Source: Methylophaga frappieri
GTDB taxonomy: Bacteria; Pseudomonadota; Gammaproteobacteria; Nitrosococcales; Methylophagaceae
Direction of reading: 5' to 3'
DNA length: 32,000 bases
Assembly: GCF_000260965.1 (NCBI RefSeq)
Contig: NC_017856.1
Span: 930,001 to 962,000, forward strand
How positions within the stretch are numbered: position 1 is the stretch's first letter; each line of letters begins with the position of its first letter. The notes under the pieces were generated by a model. It searched no databases. It was not told the origin of the DNA and saw nothing but the letters and a program-made list of their open reading frames with translations. The translations under genes were made by a program, and so were the position numbers. This document shows, in pieces, positions 9,666-22,392 of this stretch.

Positions 9666-9910
9666 TTTACACCCTCTTTACGACACAAGGTTGCCATCTT
9701 TGCGAACAGGCACAAGACTTATTTGCGTTGGTTAATCAATCGAATAGTTTTACGCTCAAACTTTGTGAGATTGGCGACGCTCCCAAGCTAATCGAGCAAT
9801 ACGGTATTCGTATTCCGGTCATTCAAGCGCCAGCAGGTCAGGAGTTGGATTGGCCCTTTTCACCAATGCGATTAGAACAATTTTTGAAAGACACCTGTTC
9901 GGAACTTTAA
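9662..9910 (+). CDS. Glutaredoxin-like (DUF836) thioredoxin-fold protein
   Basis: 82 aa with a CHLC redox motif near the N-terminus (TTQGCHLCEQA). Its start overlaps the moaB stop by 4 nt. Confidence 0.65.
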   Translation: MIYTLFTTQGCHLCEQAQDLFALVNQSNSFTLKLCEIGDAPKLIEQYGIRIPVIQAPAGQELDWPFSPMRLEQFLKDTCSEL

Positions 9911-9962
9911 CCTTCATCTGCGATTCTTAATCACTAATTTTAAGCTGTGATGGAGGATCACC

Positions 9963-10847
9963 ATGCGTTTCTTGGCGATTCTTTCTTTTTTCTGTTTACA
10001 AGCAGTGAATGCCGACAATTTACCTAGCCCGCTGGGTAAACGCTACGATATTGGCGGTTATAAAATGCATCTCCACTGTCAGGGTAAAAACGGGCCTACC
10101 GTCGTGGTTGATGCTGGACTAGGTGAGGATTCATCAGATTGGCAGAAAATCGTTGATCAGGTTAGAAATACCACCCGGATTTGCGTCCTTGACCGTCCTG
10201 GCTATGGTTGGAGCGATTTTGGCCCGACGCCTCGAACAAGTGAGCGGATTGCAGGTGAAATTGAGCGACTACTCAGTTCTGCATCAATTGGCCCACCATA
10301 TTTACTGGTTGGTCATTCTTTTGGCGGCTTTAACGTGCGCATGTTCGCTGCAAGACATCCAAATCAGGTGAAAGGCATGATTCTGATTGACGCCTCGCAT
10401 GAAGAACAATTTAATCGTCTGAAAATCAGACTACCACGCCCTGAAGCGCAGCACCGTAGTGTAATCATCCTGCCAAAAGGGACCGTCGACACTTTCTCAT
10501 CGGACAAACCACAAGCGCTTAAAGAACGAAGTTTTTTTGCAGCCCGCGCTGAAATTACATCTATGTCATTAAGTGCTAAACAGGTAGGTCAATTAGCCGA
10601 TTTTCCTGAAATACCTTTGGTCATCATTAGTCGAGGTCAACCTGAATGGACGGGCGATCCTGCCTTACAATTACGTGAAAAAATTTGGATCGATTTACAG
10701 CGTGAATTGACGCACCTAACCAGCAACAGTCGTCATTTATTTGCCCACAAAAGCGGCCATGCAATCCCACAACAACAACCTCAAATCATTGTCGATACTA
10801 TTCTTGAGATGCTGGACGAAGTTCGTTTCAGTCACCCATCCGGTTAA
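9963..10847 (+). CDS. Secreted alpha/beta-fold hydrolase
   Basis: Has a signal peptide (MRFLAILSFFCLQAVNA), the nucleophile elbow GHSFGG, a downstream Asp (LIDAS) and a His near the C-terminus (SGHAIP). Confidence 0.8.
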   Translation: MRFLAILSFFCLQAVNADNLPSPLGKRYDIGGYKMHLHCQGKNGPTVVVDAGLGEDSSDWQKIVDQVRNTTRICVLDRPGYGWSDFGPTPRTSERIAGEIERLLSSASIGPPYLLVGHSFGGFNVRMFAARHPNQVKGMILIDASHEEQFNRLKIRLPRPEAQHRSVIILPKGTVDTFSSDKPQALKERSFFAARAEITSMSLSAKQVGQLADFPEIPLVIISRGQPEWTGDPALQLREKIWIDLQRELTHLTSNSRHLFAHKSGHAIPQQQPQIIVDTILEMLDEVRFSHPSG

Positions 10848-10880
10848 AACCCGTATACTGTCTAATTTTTGCGTTGAATT

Positions 10881-12032
10881 ATGACGGTTTTATACCTAGA
10901 TACACCGGTAGGACTCCTTGATTTTTGCCAGCAAATACAAAATAGCTCGTGGCTCGCTGTTGATACCGAGTTTCTGCGAGAAAAAACCTATTACCCTCAG
11001 TTATGTTTGATTCAGATTGCCAATGACGACGTTATTGCCTGTATTGATCCCTTGGCAATTGATGATCTGACACCCCTGTTTGATGTGCTTTACCAGCCGA
11101 AGATGACGCTGGTTTTTCATGCGGCCAGACAGGATCTGGAACTACTGCTGATGCATCGTCAGCAGCTACCTGACACGATATTTGATACTCAACTGGCCGC
11201 CAGTGTTCTGGGATTAGGAGAACAGGTTGGCTATGGTAATTTGGTAAAAACTGTCTTGAATGTGGATCTGGATAAAGCCCACTCCCGCACTGACTGGACA
11301 GCTCGACCTTTATCCACGGCACAGTTAGATTATGCAGCAGACGATGTTCGCTATTTGAGAAGTCTTTATCATCAAATGCAGCAAAGTCTGACAGAGCTTA
11401 ATAGAACACATTGGCTAGCAGACGATTTTGCGGCATTGTCAGACCCACAAACCTATCAAGCCGATCCGGAGACGATCTGGCGAAAAATTCGCGGTGCCGG
11501 CAAACTTAAACCTCGGCAACTGGCTAATCTACAGCAACTCGCCGCATGGCGTGAACGCAATGCGATACAACGAAATCGTCCACGTCGCTGGATATTAAAA
11601 GATGATGTGATGCTGGATTTGGCCCGTTTTGCGCCCGATAGCTTAACGAAACTCAGTCAAATCCGAGGACTGGAGCCGCGCGATATTGACCGCCATGGTC
11701 AAGCCATCCTCGACGTACTGGAAAAAGCCAGTCAAATTCCCAAAGCAGACTGGCCGGTTATGCTAAAACCTGAGCCACTCACTAACCAGCAAGAAGCTTT
11801 GCTGGATGCGTTAATGGCATTATTACGACAGTTTTGTGATGAACAAGCCATTTCACCCGCGGCGGTGGCAACACGAAAAGATATCGAAAAACTGGTCCGC
11901 GGCGAAACAACAATACCCTTACTGAAAGGGTGGCGAAAACAAATTGTTGGCCGCAAGTTACAGGCATTTTTACAGGGTAAACTGGTTATCCATGCCGATG
12001 CCAAGCAACTAATAATTAATGAGGTTGAATAA
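10881..12032 (+). CDS. rnd: Ribonuclease D
   Basis: Has DEDDy 3'-5' exonuclease motifs (AVDTEF, HAARQDLE, YAADDVRYL) followed by an HRDC-like region. At 383 aa it is typical of Rnd. Confidence 0.9.
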   Translation: MTVLYLDTPVGLLDFCQQIQNSSWLAVDTEFLREKTYYPQLCLIQIANDDVIACIDPLAIDDLTPLFDVLYQPKMTLVFHAARQDLELLLMHRQQLPDTIFDTQLAASVLGLGEQVGYGNLVKTVLNVDLDKAHSRTDWTARPLSTAQLDYAADDVRYLRSLYHQMQQSLTELNRTHWLADDFAALSDPQTYQADPETIWRKIRGAGKLKPRQLANLQQLAAWRERNAIQRNRPRRWILKDDVMLDLARFAPDSLTKLSQIRGLEPRDIDRHGQAILDVLEKASQIPKADWPVMLKPEPLTNQQEALLDALMALLRQFCDEQAISPAAVATRKDIEKLVRGETTIPLLKGWRKQIVGRKLQAFLQGKLVIHADAKQLIINEVE

Positions 12033-12916
12033 TGTCCGTTCTGATATGCGGTTCTTTTGCTTATGACAATATTATGGTGTTTCCGGACCAGTTTAAAAAC
12101 CATATTTTGCCAGACAAAGTGCATATGCTTAATGTCGCCTTTCTGGTACCTGAATTACGTCGTGAATTTGGCGGCTGTGCCGGTAATATTGCCTATAACT
12201 TGAAATTACTCGGCGATGAGCCAATCCCGATGGGATCAGTTGGGACAGATTTTAGTCCTTATGCCGACTGGTTGGACAAACATGACATCAATCGCCAGCA
12301 TGTTCATGTCAAGCAAGGGCACTATACCGCGCAAGCCTACATTACTACCGATATTGACGATAATCAGATAACGGCATTTCATCCAGGCGCCATGAATCTG
12401 GCTCACGAAACCTCAATTCATGAAGCCAAGAACATCAAATTGGCAATTGTTGCCCCGGATGGTCGCGACGGCATGGTTCAACACGCAAAAGATCTGGCAG
12501 CGGCCGGTATTCCATTCATCTTTGACCCGGGTCAGGGTCTGCCGATGTTTAATGGAGAAGAGTTACTTCAATTTACCGAACAAGCCAGCTACTTGGCTCT
12601 GAACGATTATGAAGCGCAGTTATACATGAACCGGACGGGCTTATCTGAACAAGAAATCGCTGAACGGGTTCAAGCCTTAATCATTACCCGCGGCGCACAA
12701 GGTTCGACAATTTATGCGGATCGCGAAAAAATTGATATTGCCTGCCAAACCGCAACACGGGTTGTTGATCCGACGGGTTGTGGTGATGCCTACCGGGCTG
12801 GTCTTTTACACGGCATTCTGCATGGCAAGGACTGGCATGAAACCGGGCGTATTGCCGCCATGATGGGCGCCTTGAAAATCGCACAGCACGGTACTCAAAA
12901 TCACACGCTTGATTAA
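12032..12916 (+). CDS. PfkB-family carbohydrate/nucleoside kinase
   Basis: Has the GG motif (FGGCAGNIAYNL) and the C-terminal PfkB signature DPTGCGDAYRAG. The substrate cannot be assigned from sequence. Confidence 0.8.
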   Translation: MSVLICGSFAYDNIMVFPDQFKNHILPDKVHMLNVAFLVPELRREFGGCAGNIAYNLKLLGDEPIPMGSVGTDFSPYADWLDKHDINRQHVHVKQGHYTAQAYITTDIDDNQITAFHPGAMNLAHETSIHEAKNIKLAIVAPDGRDGMVQHAKDLAAAGIPFIFDPGQGLPMFNGEELLQFTEQASYLALNDYEAQLYMNRTGLSEQEIAERVQALIITRGAQGSTIYADREKIDIACQTATRVVDPTGCGDAYRAGLLHGILHGKDWHETGRIAAMMGALKIAQHGTQNHTLD

Positions 12917-12922
12917 TGATTC

Positions 12923-12950
12923 GGCTGAGCGAGTTTTGTCTCGCTCAGCC
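12923..12950. terminator. 11-bp perfect hairpin between convergent genes
   Basis: ggctgagcgag-ttttgt-ctcgctcagcc lies between the PfkB kinase stop (12916) and the pgpA stop (12959). There is no clear U-tract. Confidence 0.5.
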
Positions 12951-12958
12951 CTCTGCAG

Positions 12959-13450
12959 TTAAGTAAAGCTTATGGCCAATAGCTGCAAAATGATCGCCGC
13001 ATAAATACCCGCAATCACGTCATCGAGCATAATCCCCCAGCCACCAGTTAAACACCGGTCTGCCCAACGCACCGGCCAAGGTTTCCAAATATCAAACAAC
13101 CGAAACAACAAAAAGCCGACCACAATCCACAACCAACCTGATGGCGCCATAAACATGGTCACCAAAAAGCCGATAATTTCATCCCAGACAACTTCAGGCG
13201 GATCTTTTTTCTGAAAAAAATGAATCGCTGATTGGCTCCACCATACGCCCACAAACAGACCAATAACTAGCAGTATTAGATACAACCATGCCGGGCAATT
13301 TGCGATCAGCAAGTAAATTGGAATTGCCGCTAAAGTCCCTGCCGTACCTGGCGCTTTGGGGGCCAAGCCAGATCCAAACCCACACGCCAACCATACTGTC
13401 GGGCGCTTCAATAACGCAAGAAATGTCACCTTAGACTTGGAAATGGTCAT
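12959..13450 (-). CDS. pgpA: Phosphatidylglycerophosphatase A
   Basis: 163 aa membrane protein with GFGSGLAPKAPGTAGTLAAIP and DIWKPWP motifs. It sits in the canonical thiL-pgpA position. Confidence 0.9.
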   Translation of the reverse strand: MTISKSKVTFLALLKRPTVWLACGFGSGLAPKAPGTAGTLAAIPIYLLIANCPAWLYLILLVIGLFVGVWWSQSAIHFFQKKDPPEVVWDEIIGFLVTMFMAPSGWLWIVVGFLLFRLFDIWKPWPVRWADRCLTGGWGIMLDDVIAGIYAAIILQLLAISFT

Positions 13451-14399
13451 ATCCTTCCCGATTCAGATTAACCGGCAGTTGCTTGCCCAAAAAGTGAATG
13501 CCGGGTGTCTGACAAATACGGCCTATCGGCGTCAATTGCTGTGCAATATCGGCGGGTAGATCAGAAAATGCCGTCTCTGACATGGTCAAACACAGTTCAT
13601 AGTCATCACCCGCCGTTAAGGCCAATGACAGCGTCATGTCATCAGAAAGCTGCTTTAGCGCTGAGGATAGGGGTAACGCTGCTAAATCAAGCTCTGCCCC
13701 CAGATGACTTGCCGTCAAAATATGGCGTAAATCCGCCAGCAAACCGTCTGAAATATCAATGGCGGCATGCACGCTTCCCCTCAGTGCCAGCGCCAAAGCA
13801 TTTCTTGGCTGGGGTCGTTCGAGACGGTCAAGCAAATAGGCTTGATCTGCCTCAGATATCAATGAGGTATCCAGTGTTTGCTGACGGATAGCAAGACCCG
13901 CTCCCGCATCACCGAGCGTACCGCTGACCAATATCAGATCACCAACTTGGGCGGCAGCGCGACGAAACGCAGACGCTTCACTGACATAACCACTCGCCTG
14001 AATAGTGATGGAAAGCGGTCCTCTGGTTGTGTCGCCACCAACCAATTGCACTTTTTGCTCAAGCGCCAAATCAGCCAGTCCAGCAGCAAACTCGGCTAAC
14101 CAGGCTTCATCAATTTTTGGCAAACTGAGCGCCAGCGTAAAAAAAGCCGGCTGCGCGCCCATCGCAGCGAGATCACTCAAATTCACGGCCAGTGCTTTTC
14201 GACCCAAACGGAAAGGCGACACATCAGGGAAAAAATGCACACCACTCACCAGCGTATCAACCGAGGTTGCCAAACAGGTGGCAGGTTGTGGTTTTATCAG
14301 GGCGCAGTCATCGCCAATGCCAAGCGCAATATCTGCGCGCTGCTGCGTCAATTCAGCAAAGTATTTATCAATAAGCGAAAACTCGGCCTGCTCTGCCAT
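13431..14399 (-). CDS. thiL: Thiamine-monophosphate kinase
   Basis: Has AIR-synthase-like motifs (GIGDDCA, DTLVSGVHF, LSDLAAMGA, VGGDTT). It sits in the canonical nusB-thiL position. Confidence 0.9.
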   Translation of the reverse strand: MAEQAEFSLIDKYFAELTQQRADIALGIGDDCALIKPQPATCLATSVDTLVSGVHFFPDVSPFRLGRKALAVNLSDLAAMGAQPAFFTLALSLPKIDEAWLAEFAAGLADLALEQKVQLVGGDTTRGPLSITIQASGYVSEASAFRRAAAQVGDLILVSGTLGDAGAGLAIRQQTLDTSLISEADQAYLLDRLERPQPRNALALALRGSVHAAIDISDGLLADLRHILTASHLGAELDLAALPLSSALKQLSDDMTLSLALTAGDDYELCLTMSETAFSDLPADIAQQLTPIGRICQTPGIHFLGKQLPVNLNREGYDHFQV

Positions 14400-14411
14400 T
14401 GACGCGCCGCG

Positions 14412-14870
14412 CTAGTGGCGAGATGAATTTTTTCTGGCTTTGGCGGCTTGATACTCGGCCTCCCGAACGCGCGCGCCAACCTTATCCAAAACCCCATTAA
14501 CGTAACGATGGCCTTGCTCTCCACCAAAGGATTTCGCTAGCTCCACCGCTTCATTCAAGATAACTCGATAGGGAATGTCGAGCCGATACATAAACTCGTA
14601 AATAGCCAGTCTTAAAATAGAAAGCTCAACCGGATCTATCGCTGTTAATGACCGATCCACCGCCTGAGCAAGCGCTTCATCAATGATTGTTTGTTCGGCG
14701 ATGACACCGGCAACTAATTGCTGAAAATAGGCCTTATCAATTTTATCGGCATATTCTGCGGTCACAAATTCCAATGCATCTTTTTCTGGCGCCTGATCGT
14801 TAACCTGAGCCTGATACAGGGCCTGCACTGCCGCCCGACGCGCCTGCGTTCTCGGTAAACCGGCTGCCAC
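14412..14870 (-). CDS. nusB: Transcription antitermination factor NusB
   Basis: Has ARRAAVQALYQ at the N-terminus and VELAKSFGGEQGHRYVNGVLDK at the C-terminus. Confidence 0.93.
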   Translation of the reverse strand: MAAGLPRTQARRAAVQALYQAQVNDQAPEKDALEFVTAEYADKIDKAYFQQLVAGVIAEQTIIDEALAQAVDRSLTAIDPVELSILRLAIYEFMYRLDIPYRVILNEAVELAKSFGGEQGHRYVNGVLDKVGARVREAEYQAAKARKNSSRH

Positions 14871-15358
14871 TATTTTGCAGCTCCGATTTGGCGTAACACA
14901 TTGACCATTTCAATCGTACCCATGGCCGCTTCTGCCCCCTTATTGCCTGCTTTGGTCCCTGATCGTTCGATGGCTTGTTCAATACTGTCCACCGTCAACA
15001 CACCAAAAGAGACTGGCATGTCCAGTTCCAGATTTAATTGCCCAAGTCCCTTGGAACACTCGCCGGCAACATAATCAAAATGCGGCGTCCCACCACGAAT
15101 AACCGCGCCTAAGGCAATAATGGCGTCATATTTTTTAGTTTGACCCATTCGTTTGACGGCTAAGGGAATTTCTACCGCGCCGGGAACACGCGCAATCTCA
15201 ATATCTTTTTCACTGGCACCATGTCGTAACAAAGTATCAACTGCGCCATCAATAAGGCTGCTAACGACAAACTCATTAAAGCGCCCGGCGACGATGCCAA
15301 CCCGCATGCCTTTTGCCGAAAAGTCACCCGAAAAGGTGTTGATATTGCTCATTGTCAC
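14870..15358 (-). CDS. ribH: 6,7-dimethyl-8-ribityllumazine synthase
   Basis: Has [41 protein letters not shown] and NKGAEAA motifs. Confidence 0.95.
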   Translation of the reverse strand: MTMSNINTFSGDFSAKGMRVGIVAGRFNEFVVSSLIDGAVDTLLRHGASEKDIEIARVPGAVEIPLAVKRMGQTKKYDAIIALGAVIRGGTPHFDYVAGECSKGLGQLNLELDMPVSFGVLTVDSIEQAIERSGTKAGNKGAEAAMGTIEMVNVLRQIGAAK

Positions 15359-15424
15359 TGTTCCCGAAAAAAATAACGAAATATTGTACTGTTTTTGAAC
15401 AAGCTTTGCCTAAACAAAGCAGGG

Positions 15425-16291
15425 TTAATCCATTACCTTTGCTCGTGATAACGGTGTCTGAATCACACGACCTGAGGGATGCGCTATGACTTCCGTCCAT
15501 TGCCAAGGCAATGCATCAAGGCGGAGCGCGGTCAGCTTTTCCCCCCATACTGCGCCACTATCCAATGAAAAAGCATTGCCATATTGACCTGTGCCTAACT
15601 GCGACCAATGTCCAAACACAATCCGATCATTGGCACTCGCCCGATTTGGCATGGCAAACCAGGGTTGTTGACCATCAGGTCTTGCCTCTGGCGAACCTTT
15701 GAATTTCAAGGCCAGCGCACCATCGTGATGACAATAACGAAGCCGAGTAAAACAATTGGTGATGTAGCGAAGCCGATCCCAGCCCGTCAACGTCGCCGAC
15801 CAATATTTAGGTTTATTCCCGTACATATGATGAAAAAAATCTTGCCAGTCATCACTGCGTAAAACGGCAGAGACCTCAGCGGCACGTTCCATCGCTTCCG
15901 CAATCGTCCATTGTGGCGGCAGCCCTGCATGCACCATGGAAAAACCAAGCGCGGCATCATGATGGAAAAGTGGCTGTTTTCTCAGCCAGCAGATTAATTC
16001 ATCGGCGTCATCGGCTGTTAATACATTATCTATGGTATCGAGTCGGTGCTGGTGTTCTTTAATACCGGCCGCCTGCGCAACCAGATGCAAATCGTGATTA
16101 CCCAATACCACCTTGGCATTGCGCCCCAAGCTTCGAATAAACCGCAAAGTGTCGGCAGATTGTGGCCCGCGGTTAACCAAGTCACCCGCAAACCAAACCT
16201 CATCGCGCTCCAAGTCAAAGTTCAGTTGTTCAAGCAACTGCACTAATTCATACAAACAACCCTGCACATCTCCAATCGCATAAACAGCCAT
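15425..16291 (-). CDS. apaH: Bis(5'-nucleosyl)-tetraphosphatase, symmetrical
   Basis: MAVYAIGDVQGC...GDLVNRGPQS...GNHDLHL are the metallophosphoesterase motifs, collinear with E. coli ApaH. Confidence 0.92.
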   Translation of the reverse strand: MAVYAIGDVQGCLYELVQLLEQLNFDLERDEVWFAGDLVNRGPQSADTLRFIRSLGRNAKVVLGNHDLHLVAQAAGIKEHQHRLDTIDNVLTADDADELICWLRKQPLFHHDAALGFSMVHAGLPPQWTIAEAMERAAEVSAVLRSDDWQDFFHHMYGNKPKYWSATLTGWDRLRYITNCFTRLRYCHHDGALALKFKGSPEARPDGQQPWFAMPNRASANDRIVFGHWSQLGTGQYGNAFSLDSGAVWGEKLTALRLDALPWQWTEVIAHPSGRVIQTPLSRAKVMD

Positions 16292-16485
16292 TATTCACCA
16301 GCAAAGTTGAAGTAAGGTTTTGTGGGTCGTAATAATCTTTGAAGCATTGGCGTTGTTCGGTTAATGAATGAGGAAAAAGTTATCGACTTATTATAACGAT
16401 GCTACTTAATAACGAAAGCGAATAACCACAGGTCATGTGCCGCCGTTTTTATGGCATATTAATGCCTCTATATAGCGGAGACATC

Positions 16486-16938
16486 ATGAGTAAATCATCA
16501 CGATCCCTAAACCGAATCTGGTTGATTGCCGGTTTTATTCTGGTCATCGTTTTTGGCAACATTTACGAAACCGATACCACGCCTCAGGCACCTTCCGCCA
16601 GCAATGCCGGGTTGAGCGCTGATACGTTGTTTGCCCAGCGCCGGTCTGACGTCCAACTGGAAGTCTCCGGCACCGTCAGCAAAATCCTGGCGGATGACAA
16701 TAAAGGTAGTCGACATCAGCGTTTTATTATTTCCCTGCCCAGCGGGCTGACCTTGCTGGTTGCCCATAATATCGATCTGGCACCCCGTGTTGACCAATTA
16801 CAGGTAGGTGATGAAGTGAGTCTGTATGGTGAATACGTTTGGAATGATCGTGGCGGGATCATGCATTGGACCCATCATGATCCTGCCAATCGACACCCGC
16901 ATGGCTGGATTCGACATCAGGGCCAGCTATACCAGTAA
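16486..16938 (+). CDS. DUF3465-family protein (N-terminal membrane anchor or signal)
   Basis: The ATG at 16486 follows GGAG. Conserved block: GSRHQRFIISLPSGLTLLVAHNIDLAPRV...GDEVSLYGEYVWNDRGGIMHWTHHDP...HPHGW. Confidence 0.6.
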   Translation: MSKSSRSLNRIWLIAGFILVIVFGNIYETDTTPQAPSASNAGLSADTLFAQRRSDVQLEVSGTVSKILADDNKGSRHQRFIISLPSGLTLLVAHNIDLAPRVDQLQVGDEVSLYGEYVWNDRGGIMHWTHHDPANRHPHGWIRHQGQLYQ

Positions 16939-17448
16939 ATGTCTGATACCCCTCTCAGCTATAGTTTTCCACCCATCGTTGGAACTGATACCAGAATACT
17001 GGTTCTGGGTTCCATGCCCGGGCTGGAATCGTTACGACAACAACAATATTACGCGCATCCACGCAATGCGTTTTGGCCTATCATGGCGCAGCTATTTGGT
17101 TTTAATTCAGAACTGAATTATGTCGAACGCTGCCAACAGTTAATCGCTCATCAAATTGCCGTGTGGGATGTACTAAAATCCTGTTATCGACCTGGCAGCC
17201 TGGATCAGCATATCGATAGCCGTACCATGGAGATCAATGATTTCGGCGGATTTCTGAGACAAAACCCAGATATTCAGGCCATCTGCTTTAATGGCGCGAA
17301 AGCCGAACAGCTGTTTTGTCGTGCAGTGCTGAAAGACCTGTCATCCGTACCGATACTGAAAAAACTACCATCCACCAGCCCCGCTCATGCCGCAATGCGT
17401 TTCCAGCAAAAACTTGAGGCGTGGCAGTGTATTCAAGCTTATTTTTGA
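16939..17448 (+). CDS. DNA-deoxyinosine glycosylase (UDG superfamily, hypoxanthine-DNA glycosylase type)
   Basis: TRILVLGSMPGLESLRQQQYYAHPRNAFW is the family signature, and PSTSPAH occurs near the C-terminus. 169 aa. Confidence 0.7.
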   Translation: MSDTPLSYSFPPIVGTDTRILVLGSMPGLESLRQQQYYAHPRNAFWPIMAQLFGFNSELNYVERCQQLIAHQIAVWDVLKSCYRPGSLDQHIDSRTMEINDFGGFLRQNPDIQAICFNGAKAEQLFCRAVLKDLSSVPILKKLPSTSPAHAAMRFQQKLEAWQCIQAYF

Positions 17449-17571
17449 GGTTTGCCGGTCAACATCACTTGGAGTAGTGCAACTTTATATCTGTTTTGCC
17501 CAGAAAAATATGATCACTAACTAAAAGAGAATCGGGGCACGCCAGTCAAAGCGGCCCCTATCTCATGTCGG

Positions 17572-19764
<2,193 letters not shown>

Positions 19765-19858
19765 TTAAGACCTAAATGGTTAATTTATTTCCATCTTGGT
19801 TACTTAACTTCAACTTAACACTGCGAAAATAATCTGTATAACAAATAATTAATTATCA

Positions 19859-19881
19859 ATTAATCGTTTTTAACGATTAAT
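19859..19881. promoter_or_regulatory. Perfect 10-bp-arm palindrome in the AT-rich katG upstream region (candidate operator)
   Basis: attaatcgtt-ttt-aacgattaat lies about 115 bp upstream of the katG start. It is embedded in an AT-rich tract (ataattaattatcaattaatcg). Confidence 0.35.
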
Positions 19882-19983
19882 TTGTTGGCAATTTTTATTC
19901 TCATCACAGGCTGGCATAGCCAGAGCACGTGAAAATAAATCTTAACGCAGAAAAGAAAACCTGGATCAATCAGGAGAAAAGGC

Positions 19984-20021
19984 ACAAAAAAAGCCAGCCC
20001 CGGCTCAGCCCGGGACTGGCT
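19984..20021 (-). terminator. Rho-independent terminator downstream of cysN
   Basis: On the minus strand, the stem gccagtcccgg / ccggggctggc (one mismatch) is followed by a T7 run. It begins about 19 nt after the cysN stop. Confidence 0.75.
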
Positions 20022-20039
20022 TGTTTGCATGGACAATAT

Positions 20040-21473
20040 CTAAAGTTGACTTAAATCTTTGGCATCCCAGTGTGGGAAATGCTTGCGTATCAAGGCGTTG
20101 AGTTCCAGCTCAAAGGCCGAAAAATCACCGTGGCTGACGGTATCACCTTCAGCCGTCACTGATTCTGTAATCATACCCGCGCCGATAGTGACATTGGTCA
20201 GTCGATCAATCACGATAAAGGCACCAGTGTGGCGGTTACGCTGATAAGCATCGAAAACCACTGGCTTGTTCAAGGCAAACTCGCACAAGCCAATTTCATT
20301 CAGCTTTAATGCATCCGTTTGTTTGTGCTGCAACGTGTTGACATCAATCTGATAATCAATGCCATTCATCACGCCAGTGCTGTCAGCGACGCCCACTTTA
20401 ATACTATATTGTTTGCCAGCAACCAATGGCTGCTCAGTCATCCAGACCATCATCGCTTTGAAATGGCTCGAAACATGGGGTTGATGATCACGATGGACAA
20501 TCATATCGCCACGACTAACATCGATTTCATCGCGAAGCGTTATTGTTACGGCCTCACCCGGCACGGCAAAATCAAGCTCACCATCATAGGTTACGATTGA
20601 TTTAACGGTACTTTCCTTACCCGATGGCAACACCGTGACCGCATCTCCCGGTCTTAACACACCTGCAGAGAGTGTGCCGCAGTAGCCACGGAAATTGAGA
20701 TTAGGCCGGTTAACGAATTGAACCGGAAAACGAAGATCATCGGTATTCGCATCTTGATCGACTTCAATATTTTCCAGCAAAGACATCATGGTTTCGCCAT
20801 CATACCAAGGCATGTTTTCACTGCGATTCACGACATTATCACCAACCAATGCCGACATGGGTACAAAGTGAATATCCGAAATTTCCAGTTCGCGTGCAAA
20901 TTCGCTATAGGTCTTACGAATATCGTTATAAACCTGCTCACTGTAGTCCATTAAATCCATCTTGTTGACAGCGACAATCACATGCTTGATACCCAGTAAT
21001 GACGCAATAAAACTATGGCGACGTGTCTGAGTTTGCACACCATGACGCGCATCGATCAAAATCACCGCCAGCTGGCAAGTCGAAGCGCCTGTTGCCATAT
21101 TGCGCGTGTACTGTTCATGGCCTGGCGTATCCGCAATAATGAATTTACGTTTAGTTGTTGAGAAATAACGATAGGCAACATCGATAGTAATACCCTGCTC
21201 ACGCTCGGCTTGCAGTCCATCCACCAGCAAGGCCAGATCAACTTGATCACCGGTGGTACCTGATTTAGCGCTATCGCGGGTAACCGCTTCCAGTTGATCC
21301 TCATAAATCATTTTGGAATCATGCAATAAGCGACCAATCAGCGTACTTTTACCATCATCAACATTGCCACAGGTCAGAAAACGGAGTAACTCCTTGTTTT
21401 CATGTTGCTTTAAGTAGGCTTCGATATCCGTGGCGATTAAGCTGTCGGTTTGATAGGAACTGTCCTTAATCAT
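20040..21473 (-). CDS. cysN: Sulfate adenylyltransferase subunit 1 (GTPase), no APS-kinase domain
   Basis: Has [22 protein letters not shown] (G1), DTPGHEQY (G3) and NKMD (G4). The ATG at 21473 lies 1 nt after the cysD stop (TAAGATG). The in-frame extension to 21530 would overlap cysD and is not favoured. Confidence 0.93.
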   Translation of the reverse strand: MIKDSSYQTDSLIATDIEAYLKQHENKELLRFLTCGNVDDGKSTLIGRLLHDSKMIYEDQLEAVTRDSAKSGTTGDQVDLALLVDGLQAEREQGITIDVAYRYFSTTKRKFIIADTPGHEQYTRNMATGASTCQLAVILIDARHGVQTQTRRHSFIASLLGIKHVIVAVNKMDLMDYSEQVYNDIRKTYSEFARELEISDIHFVPMSALVGDNVVNRSENMPWYDGETMMSLLENIEVDQDANTDDLRFPVQFVNRPNLNFRGYCGTLSAGVLRPGDAVTVLPSGKESTVKSIVTYDGELDFAVPGEAVTITLRDEIDVSRGDMIVHRDHQPHVSSHFKAMMVWMTEQPLVAGKQYSIKVGVADSTGVMNGIDYQIDVNTLQHKQTDALKLNEIGLCEFALNKPVVFDAYQRNRHTGAFIVIDRLTNVTIGAGMITESVTAEGDTVSHGDFSAFELELNALIRKHFPHWDAKDLSQL

Positions 21474-21474
21474 C

Positions 21475-22380
21475 TTAGAAATAGCCCTCTTGTTTTTTCT
21501 TTTCCATCGATCCGCCTTGATCATGGTCAATTGCCCGACCCTGGCGCTCAGAAGTTGTGGTCAACAACATTTCCTGAATAATATCGGTCAAGGTATCCGC
21601 TTCTGATTTCACGGCGCCGGTCAGGGGATAACAGCCAAGTGTTCTAAAGCGCACCTTTTCCATGCGTACCTGCTCGCCCTCAGGAATCCGCATCCGGTCG
21701 TCATCCACCATAATGGTCAAACCGTTGTAATTGACGACGGGCCGCTCTGCCGCGTAATACAACGGTACAATCGGAATTTGTTCCAGATAGATGTATTGCC
21801 AGATATCCAGCTCGGTCCAGTTGGATAACGGGAAAACACGAATACTTTCCCCTTTATTCACTTTACTGTTGTAGATGTTCCATAGTTCAGGTCGTTGTGC
21901 TTTCGGATCCCAGCGATGATTTTTATCCCGAAAAGAATACACCCGCTCTTTGGCGCGGGATTTTTCTTCATCACGCCGCGCACCACCAAAAGCCGCATCA
22001 AAGCCGTGCTGTGTTAATGCCTGCTTCAGTGCATCCGTTTTCATAATATCGGTGTAACGGGGATGATCGAAGGGGTTAATGCCCGCCGCTTTGCCTTCCT
22101 GATTGGTATGCACAATCAAGTCAAGACCAAGCTCTTTTGCCCGATTGTCCCGGAATTTAATCATTTCTTTAAATTTCCAGGTGGTATCAATATGCATCAA
22201 CGGAAACGGCGGCTTACCTGGAGAAAATGCCTTCATGGCAAGGTGCAGCATGACTGCCGAGTCTTTGCCAATTGAATAAAGCATTACCGGGTTTTCAAAT
22301 TCGGCCGCCACCTCTCGCATAATATGGATGCTTTCGGCTTCCAGCTGTTTTAAATGCGTCAGTTTTTTTTCGGTCATCAT
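21475..22380 (-). CDS. cysD: Sulfate adenylyltransferase subunit 2
   Basis: 301 aa. [18 protein letters not shown]...[13 protein letters not shown] is a PAPS-reductase-like ATP pyrophosphatase fold, collinear with CysD. Confidence 0.95.
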   Translation of the reverse strand: MMTEKKLTHLKQLEAESIHIMREVAAEFENPVMLYSIGKDSAVMLHLAMKAFSPGKPPFPLMHIDTTWKFKEMIKFRDNRAKELGLDLIVHTNQEGKAAGINPFDHPRYTDIMKTDALKQALTQHGFDAAFGGARRDEEKSRAKERVYSFRDKNHRWDPKAQRPELWNIYNSKVNKGESIRVFPLSNWTELDIWQYIYLEQIPIVPLYYAAERPVVNYNGLTIMVDDDRMRIPEGEQVRMEKVRFRTLGCYPLTGAVKSEADTLTDIIQEMLLTTTSERQGRAIDHDQGGSMEKKKQEGYF

Positions 22381-22392
22381 TAATCTCTAGAT

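Noticed and set aside
15359-15424. Checked for an FMN riboswitch upstream of ribH, and for other riboswitches upstream of thiL and moaB.
   Set aside because: The spacers are far too short (66 nt upstream of ribH and about 90 nt upstream of moaB) and lack the conserved cores. Only a weak 6-bp hairpin (gctttg...caaagc) follows apaH.
21474-21530. The upstream extension of the cysN ORF ([19 protein letters not shown]).
   Set aside because: It would overlap the cysD 3' end by 56 nt. The ATG at 21473 gives the canonical CysN N-terminus length and TAAGATG-type coupling to cysD.
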